A DNA stretch of 64,000 bases from Klebsiella pneumoniae (GTDB lineage Bacteria > Pseudomonadota > Gammaproteobacteria > Eutrophobiales > Eutrophobiaceae), in NCBI GenBank assembly GCA_945870865.1, contig CAMBTO010000002.1, forward strand, positions 22,535 to 86,534, read 5' to 3'. The position numbers were made by a program, and so were the translations under genes. Each line of letters begins with the position of its first letter. The first letter of the stretch is position 1. Below, one piece after another: positions 9,770-19,524 of the stretch. The notes beneath the pieces were generated by a model. The model saw only the letters and a program-made list of their open reading frames with translations, searched no databases and was not told where the DNA came from.

Positions 9770-10363
9770 CTAGTTGTTCGAGCGGCGTTTGCGCATGCCG
9801 GCCAGACCCAGCAGGCTGAGTGACAACAGCGCAAGGCTACCCGGCTCAGGAACAGCCGTCGGATTATCATTGCTGAAGTTGGCGATAAATCTGTGATCTA
9901 GACCGATGAAGTCAGTCATATCATTTATCGAGCCAAAGACCGAGTTACCACCAGAGTAAACATCGTTAAAGATAAAGTGGGCAGTTGATCTAGTAAAACC
10001 GTTATAGTCGATTAAGGCCCAGACGGTGCTGCCACCAGTCAGTTCCATATCGATGTCAATCACGTTAATAGCAGCGACATTGACGACAACCGAAGTCGAG
10101 AACAAGGTGTTGCCGAAGTTCAACGCATCCGTCAGGATGAAGTTGAAAGTCAGACCGTTTGATTCTTCGTCAAAGTAAAAACCAATATCATCGAGCGTGG
10201 TATCCGTATTATCGACCGTTAATGACGGGCCACTGCCTGCCCATGCGCTACTAACGTTACCATCCCATAATGCGCTGGTATCAATAACAGCAGCCTGTGA
10301 GGCGACGGGCAACAACCCGATGAACGCTACACTCATCAACAATGATAATATTCTGGAACGCAT
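9770..10363 (-). CDS. PEP-CTERM sorting-domain secreted protein
   Basis: The C-terminus is VPEPGSLALLSLSLLGLAGMRKRRSNN, i.e. the PEP motif, a TM helix and an Arg-rich tail. The start was moved to the internal ATG (10363), which has an AGGAG RBS 11 nt upstream and a signal peptide (MRSRILSLLMSVAFIGLLPVASQA). Confidence 0.75.
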   Translation of the reverse strand: MRSRILSLLMSVAFIGLLPVASQAAVIDTSALWDGNVSSAWAGSGPSLTVDNTDTTLDDIGFYFDEESNGLTFNFILTDALNFGNTLFSTSVVVNVAAINVIDIDMELTGGSTVWALIDYNGFTRSTAHFIFNDVYSGGNSVFGSINDMTDFIGLDHRFIANFSNDNPTAVPEPGSLALLSLSLLGLAGMRKRRSNN

Positions 10364-10756
10364 TACGGCTGACTCCTCATGAATTTGACTAATCTTCAGA
10401 TTCGGTACTGGTTCACAGTTTAAGAGCAATTTTCGTACCACAAATATTAATAAATAAAATCAACAACTTCTGTTTAGGCGCGGGTGCGGAAGTGTAAAAA
10501 ACTTCGTCAGTTAGCGCCCGGTATATACATGTTTTGAGCTATCTTGTGTCGTTCATTGTTAGTCAAGCATATGAATTTATTATAAAAAATCTGGATAACA
10601 TGGCTTGTTTTACTTTGTAAACTATTCCGACATAACAAAATACCCGGACCAAGGCTGACTCCCGCTACACAGTCCTGGCAGTATCACTACGTTTTCGGGA
10701 GATCAGGCGACACAATCACGCCAGATTTACAGTAATGACTTTGAAGAGGCGCATCC

Positions 10757-11557
10757 ATGTTCAGATCAGAGAGAGGCAGATACCGGGGTCAGCAGGTTGT
10801 TTTGACCGGACTTATCCCGTGGCTGTTGTTCATCAGTATGTCCGCTCTGGCGGAGGGTACGTTGACGGATAATCTCCGAATCCGCAGCAAGGTGCTCGGT
10901 TACGACCTGCAATATCGTGTCTATCTACCACAAGCCGGTCAGGACGCCGGGCCCTATCCGGCATTGTTCATGACAGACGGTCAGAATTATCTCGGACGCG
11001 GTCATATGGATCAGGTTCTGGATCGCGAGACCGGCAAAGGTTCAATCCGCCCTGTCATAGCCGTGTTTGTGGATCCACGAGACCCGGACGACCCGGAGAC
11101 GAACCGGCGTCGACAACAGTTTCTGTGTAACTCTGAATATTTCCAGTTTTATGTTGAGGAACTGATCCCCGCGATCGAAGCCAGTTATCCGGTCATACGC
11201 GACCGTACAGGCAGGACGATCATGGGCGTGTCATTTGGGGGGACCAATGCGGCCTGTTTCGGCGCACTCGGTTCGGAGACCTTCTCCGGCCTGGTCATGC
11301 AGTCTCCCGCGAACCACCCGGTCCCGAACCTGTTACCGGTCTATGCGCAACTGCCCACACTGCCGCTGAAGATATTTCTGAGCACCGGCACGCCGGATGA
11401 TAATACGGAGGCGAACCGCGAGTTTCATGCGTTGTTACAGGATAAGGCTTACCCGATAAAATATGTTGAGGTGGACGAGGGGCACGACTGGAACAACTGG
11501 GGCCCGCTACTGGACGATGTGCTCGTTTATTTCTACGGGGTGGAAGCGGAACGTTGA
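10757..11557 (+). CDS. secreted esterase-family alpha/beta hydrolase (putative esterase, enterochelin-esterase-like fold)
   Basis: Signal peptide present. GVSFGG is a GxSxG nucleophile motif, and there is a conserved Asp/His-containing C-terminal part (EGHDWNNW). Confidence 0.6.
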   Translation: MFRSERGRYRGQQVVLTGLIPWLLFISMSALAEGTLTDNLRIRSKVLGYDLQYRVYLPQAGQDAGPYPALFMTDGQNYLGRGHMDQVLDRETGKGSIRPVIAVFVDPRDPDDPETNRRRQQFLCNSEYFQFYVEELIPAIEASYPVIRDRTGRTIMGVSFGGTNAACFGALGSETFSGLVMQSPANHPVPNLLPVYAQLPTLPLKIFLSTGTPDDNTEANREFHALLQDKAYPIKYVEVDEGHDWNNWGPLLDDVLVYFYGVEAER

Positions 11558-11564
11558 GTTATTG

Positions 11565-12440
11565 TCAGGCCAGCCGTTTTGCTAGATAGACCTGACCTGC
11601 GACCAGCGCGGCCACCAGCCAACTGTGCCATTCGACGACTTCGTCCAACAGCCAGGCCGCGGCAAACAAGGTGAGAAAGGTTTGCAGCAGTTGCACCTGT
11701 GAAACACGGGCCACACCGCCGAGGCTGAGACCGGCGTACCAGGGGAAAAAACCCAGTAACTGACTGACAAGGGCCAGATACAGGAACGCCGCGACAGCAG
11801 GAAGCGGAACGGTTGCGATGGTATCTAGCTGCATTACCATATATATCACGGTCGGGATACTGAACGGCAGCATCATTACCATCGCCCAGCAGATCGTGTT
11901 AATGCCGCCGAGTGTCCGGGTCACGCTGGCGCCAGCACTGTAGGCAATCGCGGCTGAAATTGCGGCCAGCAACAGCCAGAGATCCTCTGCTACCAGCCGG
12001 ATGCCGCTGTTCCATAAGATGTAGGCAAGCACACTCAGACAGCCGCTAACCGCGATCAGCCAAAATGATTTGCCATGTTTTTCCTGATGGCTGATCGCAC
12101 CGAGTATGGATGTCAACAGCGGCAGGATGGCGAGCACTATGCCGGCATGCGACGCATCGGTATGTGTCAGTGCGATACCGAGCGACAGCGGAAAACCGAC
12201 CGACACCCCGAGTGAGACCATGACCAGTCGCTTCCAGTACACACGCGCTGGCCAGTGCTCCCGGCGCAGATAGAGGATGAGGGCGGCCAGTACACCGGCG
12301 ATGGATACCCGTCCTGCTGTAATGAAGTAAGGGGAAAAGCCCTGTAAGGCGAGGCGGGTGAACGGGGCGGTCAGGCTGAAACAGGCCATACCGATGAACC
12401 CGTAGATCATGCCGCGCCAGATGTGTGTGTGAGTGTTCAT
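11565..12440 (-). CDS. DMT-superfamily (EamA-like) transporter
   Basis: 10-TM hydrophobic pattern with two EamA-like halves. The start is uncertain: MNTHTHIW at 12440 was chosen over the upstream ATG at 12497, and there is no clear RBS. Confidence 0.7.
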   Translation of the reverse strand: MNTHTHIWRGMIYGFIGMACFSLTAPFTRLALQGFSPYFITAGRVSIAGVLAALILYLRREHWPARVYWKRLVMVSLGVSVGFPLSLGIALTHTDASHAGIVLAILPLLTSILGAISHQEKHGKSFWLIAVSGCLSVLAYILWNSGIRLVAEDLWLLLAAISAAIAYSAGASVTRTLGGINTICWAMVMMLPFSIPTVIYMVMQLDTIATVPLPAVAAFLYLALVSQLLGFFPWYAGLSLGGVARVSQVQLLQTFLTLFAAAWLLDEVVEWHSWLVAALVAGQVYLAKRLA

Positions 12441-12592
12441 TATTTGGTCGTGCATAGTGAACCAAAACGCCCTGTAAATCATCTGATATCCGGGCACGTT
12501 GAAAATTGAAAGCGAATTATTCTCACCTGACTCTGTGCCGGGTTTGCGTTATTATCCAGACATTCCGGATTTACAAGATTGAGGACTTATAG

Positions 12593-13039
12593 ATGAAATT
12601 AATCGTCGTTATTACCTTAACACTGATGTTATCTCTCCCTGTTGCACAGGCCGAGATGAGTGATGTGGAATCGACCCGCCTGCTGGCAGAACAGGATGAT
12701 CCGTATTCGCAGTTATACCTCGCCTACATGTATGAACACGGCAAGGGTTTGCCGGTTGATATGGAGCAGGCCTACCACTGGTATCGTAAGGCTGCCGACC
12801 ATGGCATGCCTGCTGGACAGCACAGTCTCGGTCTGATGTATGCGGAGGGTGTAGTCGTACCACAGGATGATCTCGCAGCCTATATCTTCTTTTATATGGC
12901 TGCCGTGCAGAGTCATGATGGCGCCAGTAAAAAGCGGGATGAGATGGCGGCCAGACTGAATGCAGAGCAACTGGATCGGGGACAAAAGCTGGCCATTGCC
13001 TGTGTGGAGTCGCGTTATACAGAATGCCCGTTGCAATAA
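12593..13039 (+). CDS. Sel1-repeat (TPR-like) periplasmic protein
   Basis: Signal peptide, then repeated YxxAAxxGxxxAQxxLGxMYxxG motifs (LAYMYEHGKG, LGLMYAEG). There is a GAGGA RBS. Confidence 0.65.
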   Translation: MKLIVVITLTLMLSLPVAQAEMSDVESTRLLAEQDDPYSQLYLAYMYEHGKGLPVDMEQAYHWYRKAADHGMPAGQHSLGLMYAEGVVVPQDDLAAYIFFYMAAVQSHDGASKKRDEMAARLNAEQLDRGQKLAIACVESRYTECPLQ

Positions 13040-13061
13040 CCCGCCGGACGGTTGAGACAGC

Positions 13062-14096
13062 ATGAATAATTCGCCAATCGATTTGCGCAGTGATACCGTC
13101 ACCCGACCGACACCGGCGATGCGTCAGGCCATGGCTACGGCCGAGGTAGGTGATGATGTGCTCGGGGATGATCCTACCGTTATTGAACTGGAACGTGTTA
13201 CCGCCGCCCTGCTGGGAAAACAGGCGGCGCTGTTTGTTCCGTCAGGCACGATGGCAAACCAGCTGGCTATCCGTTGCCACACGCAGCCGGGCGACGAGGT
13301 CCTGCTCGAGGCGCAGTCACATATCTACTGGTACGAGGCCGGTGCCCCGGCGGCACTGTCCGGCGTGAACTGTCGCGTCGTACCAGGGACACGTGGTTTG
13401 TTTACCGCCGATCAACTACGATCTGTCCTGCGTCCGCTAAATATTCATTACGCCCCAACGCGCCTGCTCACACTGGAGAACACCCACAACCGGGGTGGCG
13501 GATCCGTCTGGCCACTGGTGCAGATGCAACAGGTCTGTGCCGTCGCACGGGAAGCGGGTATCGCCACTCATCTGGATGGGGCGCGATTGTGGAACGCCGC
13601 CATCGCGACCGGGATAGCCGAACGCGCGTACGCAGACAATTTTGATAGCGTCAGCGTGTGTTTCTCCAAGGGCCTTGGCGCCCCGATGGGATCGATACTC
13701 GCTGGCAGTGCAGAGTTCATCACCCGGGCGCGCCGGTTTCGCAAACAGTTTGGTGGCGGCATGCGCCAGGTCGGCATTATTGCGGCCGGTGCCCTGTACG
13801 CATTGAATCACCATCGCGCCCGACTGGCGGATGACCATGCGAATGCGGCACGACTGGCGCGGGGTCTGACAGATATACCAGGACTGCGGGTGAACAGTCA
13901 TGAGGTCGACACGAATATGGTTTATTTTGAAGTCGACAAACTGCCGTCTGCTGAAGTGGCCGCGCTGCTGGACACACAAGGCTTACGGGTACTGGCCACC
14001 GGACCACACACATTGCGGGCTGTGACCAGTCTGGAAGTGGATGCGGACGCAATTGATAGTGCAGCAAGGATCATCCGCGAGGTCGTGACGGGCTGA
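13062..14096 (+). CDS. ltaE: low-specificity L-threonine aldolase
   Basis: N-terminus [19 protein letters not shown]…[10 protein letters not shown] and the PLP-enzyme pattern are typical of LtaE. 344 aa. Confidence 0.85.
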   Translation: MNNSPIDLRSDTVTRPTPAMRQAMATAEVGDDVLGDDPTVIELERVTAALLGKQAALFVPSGTMANQLAIRCHTQPGDEVLLEAQSHIYWYEAGAPAALSGVNCRVVPGTRGLFTADQLRSVLRPLNIHYAPTRLLTLENTHNRGGGSVWPLVQMQQVCAVAREAGIATHLDGARLWNAAIATGIAERAYADNFDSVSVCFSKGLGAPMGSILAGSAEFITRARRFRKQFGGGMRQVGIIAAGALYALNHHRARLADDHANAARLARGLTDIPGLRVNSHEVDTNMVYFEVDKLPSAEVAALLDTQGLRVLATGPHTLRAVTSLEVDADAIDSAARIIREVVTG

Positions 14097-14244
14097 TTTG
14101 GCTGAGGTGGCCAGACAAAGATGATCTGTATTTAAAGAACTTTCTGATTACGTGTCATTTCGACCGAAGTGGAGAAATCACGTTGGTTGGCATGACAAGA
14201 TGTACATAATGAAATAACAGTCCAATAGTAACCTAGGGGGATTC

Positions 14245-15669
14245 ATGCACAAACACCTGTTCCGTTATACCTGTCTCTGCTCACTCGTCAGCTTGCTGAT
14301 CATATTCCCCGCCCAGGCACAAACCGGTGCGAATGTGGAAAAGGTCGCCGGTGCAGACTGGATCCATCTGTCCAAACCTGACATCGTCAAGCTGTCAGAG
14401 GAAGTGCTGGCGATGCCGGACATCCCGGTACGTTCGACCGAAGTGGTTCATCGCATAGAGGCACTCGGCCTGCAATGGGATATTGCCGCGAGTGTGCACG
14501 AGCCTGAAGACCCGGCACGTATCCCGGTCGGCCCCGATGGAAAAAAAATCGGCCTGTTTATATTGCACGGTGGTGGAGGACATCATCCAGGCAAGAATGA
14601 ATTCGCCCGTTTTCTGGCGACCAAATTCGGTTACAAGGTCGTCAACATGTCCTATCCGGGTAACTACAATCTGCAGGATACGAGCGGTAACTGGTCAGGA
14701 GAGACCATGCACCCGGACGGCTCGGTCAGGACACCGGTTTATCTGAAAGATGAAATCATCACGAAAGACCAGTATGAGGTGGTGACCGATACCGAGGACT
14801 CACGCCGTCGGCGCTGGGGTACGTTGTATCTCGCTTGTGCGAAGGAAGGCTCGAATTTTTATGACCGCCTGGCAGGCTGGCCGCGGGCACATGAGGCAGG
14901 CGCGACCGAACTTGCCCGCCGTTATTTGCCCGAAGGTGAATTCTCGATTTATAGCCACGGTCATTCTACCGGCGGTCCGATGACGATGATGTTGACCCAG
15001 CGTATCCCGAACATTGTCGGTGTGCTCGGACTGGAGAGCTCACCGTTTGGAGCCTTGTACGGCAAGATGACGCGTGAACAGCAGGGCATAGACGTGCCGT
15101 GGGCGGCGGACTTTAATTGTCTGCGCATACGCAGTTGGCGCGACATCGCGCGTTATTACGGCTACGAGTTGATAGAAGAAGAAGGCGTGGATGCGTTGGC
15201 GCGTCTGGCCATGGTGATCGAGGAAGTAATGGAAAAAACCGAACGCGGCTTGTCTTCGGCCCTGTTCAAGGCCGAGAACATCCTGCATTTTGACAGCCCG
15301 GAACAGATGGAGGCCGCCGCAAGGGCGAGTGCAAAACGGCTGAATATGGGCAAGGAAGAAACCGAGGAACTGGTCGACAGGTATCTTGGATATCTGCGCG
15401 GTGTGTCTGGCCCCGGTGTCAAGCCGGTGCCGCCATTGTTACTGATCATTGCCAGCAACAGTCGCGACCATGATGCACGTGCCTACCGTGAGATCTATCT
15501 GCCCGGTTATGCCGCGATGAAACCGGCACCCCTGGTCAAGCTGTTCGAGTTTGCGACCGGTAAACATGGCTACAGTGCGCCGGAGGAAGATTTGCCGATG
15601 GGTATTGCCCCAGGTGCCATGAAGTTGTGGAATGAGACGATCATGAGCGGTTATTACCTGCAGAAATGA
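14245..15669 (+). CDS. secreted alpha/beta-fold hydrolase (lipase/esterase-like), function unknown
   Basis: Signal peptide, an HGGGGHH oxyanion-like motif and a GHSTGG nucleophile elbow. There is a GGGG RBS upstream. Confidence 0.5.
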   Translation: MHKHLFRYTCLCSLVSLLIIFPAQAQTGANVEKVAGADWIHLSKPDIVKLSEEVLAMPDIPVRSTEVVHRIEALGLQWDIAASVHEPEDPARIPVGPDGKKIGLFILHGGGGHHPGKNEFARFLATKFGYKVVNMSYPGNYNLQDTSGNWSGETMHPDGSVRTPVYLKDEIITKDQYEVVTDTEDSRRRRWGTLYLACAKEGSNFYDRLAGWPRAHEAGATELARRYLPEGEFSIYSHGHSTGGPMTMMLTQRIPNIVGVLGLESSPFGALYGKMTREQQGIDVPWAADFNCLRIRSWRDIARYYGYELIEEEGVDALARLAMVIEEVMEKTERGLSSALFKAENILHFDSPEQMEAAARASAKRLNMGKEETEELVDRYLGYLRGVSGPGVKPVPPLLLIIASNSRDHDARAYREIYLPGYAAMKPAPLVKLFEFATGKHGYSAPEEDLPMGIAPGAMKLWNETIMSGYYLQK

Positions 15670-15713
15670 CCCTTTATACTTACTGCCACTGAAAAAAAAC
15701 AGGACTGAAATTT

Positions 15714-16343
15714 GTGAAAAAGATAATCCTCTACACCGCAAAAAATGCTTGTTCACTCGCCTCGCATATCGCACTCGAACAGGTCGGTGCAGATTATGAA
15801 GTACGGGTGCTTGATTTTTCCACCAATCAGCAACGCTCACCGGACTATCTCTGGATCAATCCTAAAGGTCGGGTGCCAGCATTGATCACAGAGCAGGGTA
15901 TCATTACCGAAATCCCGGCCATACTCGCCTTTATCTGCCAGACCTGGCCTGCGGCCAATCTGGCACCGGTACAGGAACCGTTCGCCTTTGCCAAGGTGCA
16001 GGAGTTCATCAGTTACCTGTGTTCTACCGTGCATGTTGCCCATGCCCATTTGTATCGTGGGTCCCGCTGGGCCGATGATCCGGCGGCGATTGAGGCAATG
16101 AAAAAGAAGGTGCCCCAGACGGTGGGTGAATGTTTCGCACTGATAGAACAGGAGCTGCTAAAAGGTCCCTGGGTCTTCGGTGAATCCTACACCGTGTGTG
16201 ATATGTACCTGTATACGGTATGTCAGTGGCTGGAGGCAGACGGTGTTGATATCCAGAGCTTTCCCAAGGTCGCCGCGTTAAGGCAAAGGATGTCGGCGGA
16301 TCCGGTGGTGAGCAGGGTGCTCGCCAGGGTGGCGGCAGGATAA
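15714..16343 (+). CDS. glutathione S-transferase family protein (GTG start)
   Basis: The N-terminal thioredoxin-like GST-N domain (KIILYTAKNACSLASHIALE…GRVPAL) is followed by a GST-C helical domain. Confidence 0.8.
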   Translation: MKKIILYTAKNACSLASHIALEQVGADYEVRVLDFSTNQQRSPDYLWINPKGRVPALITEQGIITEIPAILAFICQTWPAANLAPVQEPFAFAKVQEFISYLCSTVHVAHAHLYRGSRWADDPAAIEAMKKKVPQTVGECFALIEQELLKGPWVFGESYTVCDMYLYTVCQWLEADGVDIQSFPKVAALRQRMSADPVVSRVLARVAAG

Positions 16344-16346
16344 ATG

Positions 16347-16374
16347 ATCAGGGGCGGCTTGCGCCGCCCCTGAT
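16347..16374. terminator. GC-rich 12-bp perfect hairpin between convergent GST and rhlE genes (terminator-like, no canonical U-tract)
   Basis: ATCAGGGGCGGC-ttgc-GCCGCCCCTGAT read directly from the sequence. Confidence 0.45.
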
Positions 16375-16404
16375 AAAAACTACAGACCCTTTCGAACTAC
16401 AGGT

Positions 16405-17706
16405 TTATCCAGCGTAGTTGTGCTGGCCCCGGGCGTCACGATTACCGTTATTCTCCTGCGATTTTGACGAGCGCTGCTGGGAGTTGTTTCTCTGGTTTGA
16501 GCGGTTGTTACCCGGGTTCGTCCGCGGCCGGCTGTTGTTCGGTCGGGCCGAGCTGCCGGATTCCGGTACCAGCTGGGTCGGCTTGAAGCCTTCAACTTCC
16601 TCTCGATCAATCTTTCGCTTAATCAGGCGCTCAATGTCCTGCAACTGTTTGAACTCGTCCGCACTGACCAGCGAAATGGCTGTACCACTGGCACCGGCAC
16701 GGCCGGTTCGGCCAATACGGTGCACATAATCTTCCGGTACGTTCGGCAGATCAAAGTTGATCACATGTGAGAGCTGGTCAATATCGATACCGCGCGAGGC
16801 GATGTCGGTAGCAACCAGAACCTGTATCCGGTCCTGCTTGAAATCAGCGAGTGCGCGGGTACGCTGAGGCTGGCTCTTGTTCCCGTGAATCGCCGCGGCA
16901 TCGATATTGTCGCGGGCCAGTTGCTTGACCAGTTTGTCAGCACCGTGTTTGGTACGGCTGAACACCAGCACCTGGTGCCAGTTTTCTGTGCGTATCATGT
17001 GGCTGAGCAGCTCGGCCTTGCGTGCCTTGTCTACCATATGTACTTTCTGGGCAATGATCTCAACCGTGGAATTACGCGGCGAGATGTCTATCTCCAGCGG
17101 GTTATTGATCACACCTTTGGCCAGCGTGCGTATCTCGCTGGAAAACGTCGCCGAGAACAACAGGTTCTGACGTTGTTTTGGCAGCAGTGCCATGATCTTT
17201 CTGATGTCATTGATGAATCCCATGTCGAGCATGCGGTCGGCTTCATCCAGCACCAGTATTTCGATATCGTTAAAACGGATGGCATTCTGTTGATACAGAT
17301 CCAGCAGACGGCCCGGTGTTGCCACTAGGATGTCCACACCACGGCGCAGCTTCATCATCTGCGGGTTGATGTTGACGCCACCGAATACGACAGTGGAACG
17401 CAGTGTCAGATGTTTACCGTAGGTAAGGATACTGTCCTGAATCTGTGCTGCCAGTTCACGGGTCGGCGTCAGTATCAGTGCGCGGGCACGGTTAGGCTTT
17501 ACCGGGGTTTTGGTGTCGAGTCTCTGCAACATCGGCAGGGTAAAGCCGGCAGTCTTGCCCGTGCCGGTCTGTGCAGCGGCCATCAGGTCGCGGCCTTCCA
17601 GTATTGCGGGGATAGCCTGCGCCTGGATCGGGGTCGGGGTGGTGTAGCCGGTCTCGCATACAGCACGCAGCAAAGGCTCGGAGAGTCCTAGTGTGTCAAA
17701 AGTCAT
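16405..17706 (-). CDS. rhlE: ATP-dependent DEAD-box RNA helicase (RhlE-like) with Arg/Asn-rich C-terminal tail
   Basis: Q-motif (TPTPIQ), Walker [13 protein letters not shown] box ([13 protein letters not shown]), SAT and HRIGRTGR motifs, and a low-complexity basic tail. Confidence 0.9.
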   Translation of the reverse strand: MTFDTLGLSEPLLRAVCETGYTTPTPIQAQAIPAILEGRDLMAAAQTGTGKTAGFTLPMLQRLDTKTPVKPNRARALILTPTRELAAQIQDSILTYGKHLTLRSTVVFGGVNINPQMMKLRRGVDILVATPGRLLDLYQQNAIRFNDIEILVLDEADRMLDMGFINDIRKIMALLPKQRQNLLFSATFSSEIRTLAKGVINNPLEIDISPRNSTVEIIAQKVHMVDKARKAELLSHMIRTENWHQVLVFSRTKHGADKLVKQLARDNIDAAAIHGNKSQPQRTRALADFKQDRIQVLVATDIASRGIDIDQLSHVINFDLPNVPEDYVHRIGRTGRAGASGTAISLVSADEFKQLQDIERLIKRKIDREEVEGFKPTQLVPESGSSARPNNSRPRTNPGNNRSNQRNNSQQRSSKSQENNGNRDARGQHNYAG

Positions 17707-17961
17707 TTAATATTTCCTGATATATATTTTGCCCGTGCATAGCCCGCAGATAGTGCAGATAGCCAGTCAGGGCAGGGTGAAAAAAATCAAGGCGTGGCAG
17801 TAGCTACGCCAGTTTGTGCGGCAAACAATAATTGGCTCTCAACAGGGAGGGGCAGTTGGACTCGCAATATGAAATGAGACAAACTAACAACTAAAGAAGA
17901 CGCTCCGGCAATCGAAAGGATGTTCCGGATGCGTGCACCTTACCACAATATGGTAGAAATG

Positions 17962-17999
17962 TGAAAGTAAAGCGGCGCAGTTGTACCGGGTGCCGCTTT
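17962..17999 (-). terminator. rho-independent terminator of rdgC
   Basis: On the minus strand: AAAGCGGC-(15-nt loop)-GCCGCTTT followed by the U-rich ACUUUCACAUUUC. It overlaps the rdgC stop codon. Confidence 0.5.
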
Positions 18000-18903
18000 A
18001 TTTGTCCCGATTGATCCCGCCAAATGCCTCGAGCAACTCATCCAGCAGAAAGCCAAGTTGCAACGTCATGATGGCAAAGTCCTGGTCAAACTGAGAGGCA
18101 AAATCATCCGCCTCGGTATCGGCCTCTTTCTGTATCGAGTGCTCAAAACGAACCCGCTTCAGGCTGAAATCCTCATTCAGGACAAAACGTATCGCCTCTT
18201 TCCAGTTGATGGCCATGGAGATAACCCGCTTGCCCGCCTTCAGGTGTCCCATAATCTCTTCACTTTCCAGTTCCTGATTTTTGCAGCGGATGATGTTTTT
18301 GCTCTCCAGCGGATTGCGCAGGTCGCATTCGTTATCAAGATCAAACCCCTTCGCGGTCGAATTTTTTAACCAGCGCGTCATCACCTCGGCCGGGTCGCCG
18401 TGACAGGTCAGCGGCACCACCGGTAACTCACCGAGCGCAATGCGCAGGTGTTCCAGAAACTCCTCTGCCTTTGTTGCGCTGGCCGCGTCGATGATCAACA
18501 GGTTCTTCACTGTCGAGAAACAGGCATAGGTCTGGACGGAACGTGTCAACGCGCGTGGCAGTAGCGTGTGGATCACAGTTTCCTTGATGTCGCGTTTTTC
18601 CTTGCGATATACACTGCGGTCCTGACGTGCCTCCAGTTCCAGGATTTTGTCCTCGACCATTTCGTTGATCGCCGCCGGCGGCAGGATCTTTTCCTGTTTG
18701 CGTGCGCAGATTATCGTGTGACCATTGCCAGCATGGGTAAACAGCGTCCCGTGTTTGCCGAGCGGTGGCACCCATCCATAGCGCGAGAATTCAAGATTGG
18801 TACATGGCCGGTAACTGTGTTCAGCCAGTTTTTCTTCCAGCGTTTCCGGGGTAATGTCTATCGGTCTGGTCAGGCGATAAATACGAAGATTTCTAAACCA
18901 CAT
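17998..18903 (-). CDS. rdgC: recombination-associated protein RdgC
   Basis: N-terminus MWFRNLRIYRL… is the RdgC hallmark, so the start was moved to that Met. ~301 aa. Confidence 0.85.
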   Translation of the reverse strand: MWFRNLRIYRLTRPIDITPETLEEKLAEHSYRPCTNLEFSRYGWVPPLGKHGTLFTHAGNGHTIICARKQEKILPPAAINEMVEDKILELEARQDRSVYRKEKRDIKETVIHTLLPRALTRSVQTYACFSTVKNLLIIDAASATKAEEFLEHLRIALGELPVVPLTCHGDPAEVMTRWLKNSTAKGFDLDNECDLRNPLESKNIIRCKNQELESEEIMGHLKAGKRVISMAINWKEAIRFVLNEDFSLKRVRFEHSIQKEADTEADDFASQFDQDFAIMTLQLGFLLDELLEAFGGINRDK

Positions 18904-19103
18904 ATGATTCCTTGAAAGGGGGAACAAGATTTCGTGCGTGTCACGGTATTACGGGTGATGTCCCGAATTCCGCTAATGTCTGGGATCAGCCGTCTGGCTA
19001 TAATCGTTCAAGACACGTTATGAATACATCCATGTACGCTCGAGCGCCGCATCCCTGCGGCTAACGGTCTTTCACAATCATAGCCAGACGGCTGATGTAT
19101 AAT

Positions 19104-19385
19104 TTAGTCCTTGCGGCTGGTCACTTCGAGCAGGTGATAACCGAACTGGGTCTTTACCGGCCCGTGTACTACATTTACGGCACCGTTAAACACAACTTCA
19201 TCAAACTCCTTGACCATCTGGCCACGGCCGAATTCACCCAGATCGCCGCCGGACTTGCCGGACGGACAGCTGGAATGTTTCCGCGCGATCTCGGCGAAAT
19301 CTGCGCCGTCGGCGATTTGTTGTTTCAGGTCCTCGCATTTTGCTGCGCTGTCCACGAGGATATGTCTTGCTTTTGCCTTGGCCAT
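19104..19385 (-). CDS. ppiC: peptidyl-prolyl cis-trans isomerase C (parvulin)
   Basis: MAKAKARHILV…CPSGKSGGDLGEF…GYHLLEV is the parvulin signature. The start was moved to MAKAK, which has an AGGAG RBS 8 nt upstream. Confidence 0.85.
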   Translation of the reverse strand: MAKAKARHILVDSAAKCEDLKQQIADGADFAEIARKHSSCPSGKSGGDLGEFGRGQMVKEFDEVVFNGAVNVVHGPVKTQFGYHLLEVTSRKD

Positions 19386-19524
19386 GATGTGCTCCTGAAG
19401 ATAAAACATCATTATACCTGCAATCGAAACAAATGGATCAGGGGCAGTTGCCGGATTATTTGATCATTCACTCATCCTGTCGTACTGTTTGTCTCTGAAA
19501 CAGTGTACACATTAATATTTATCA

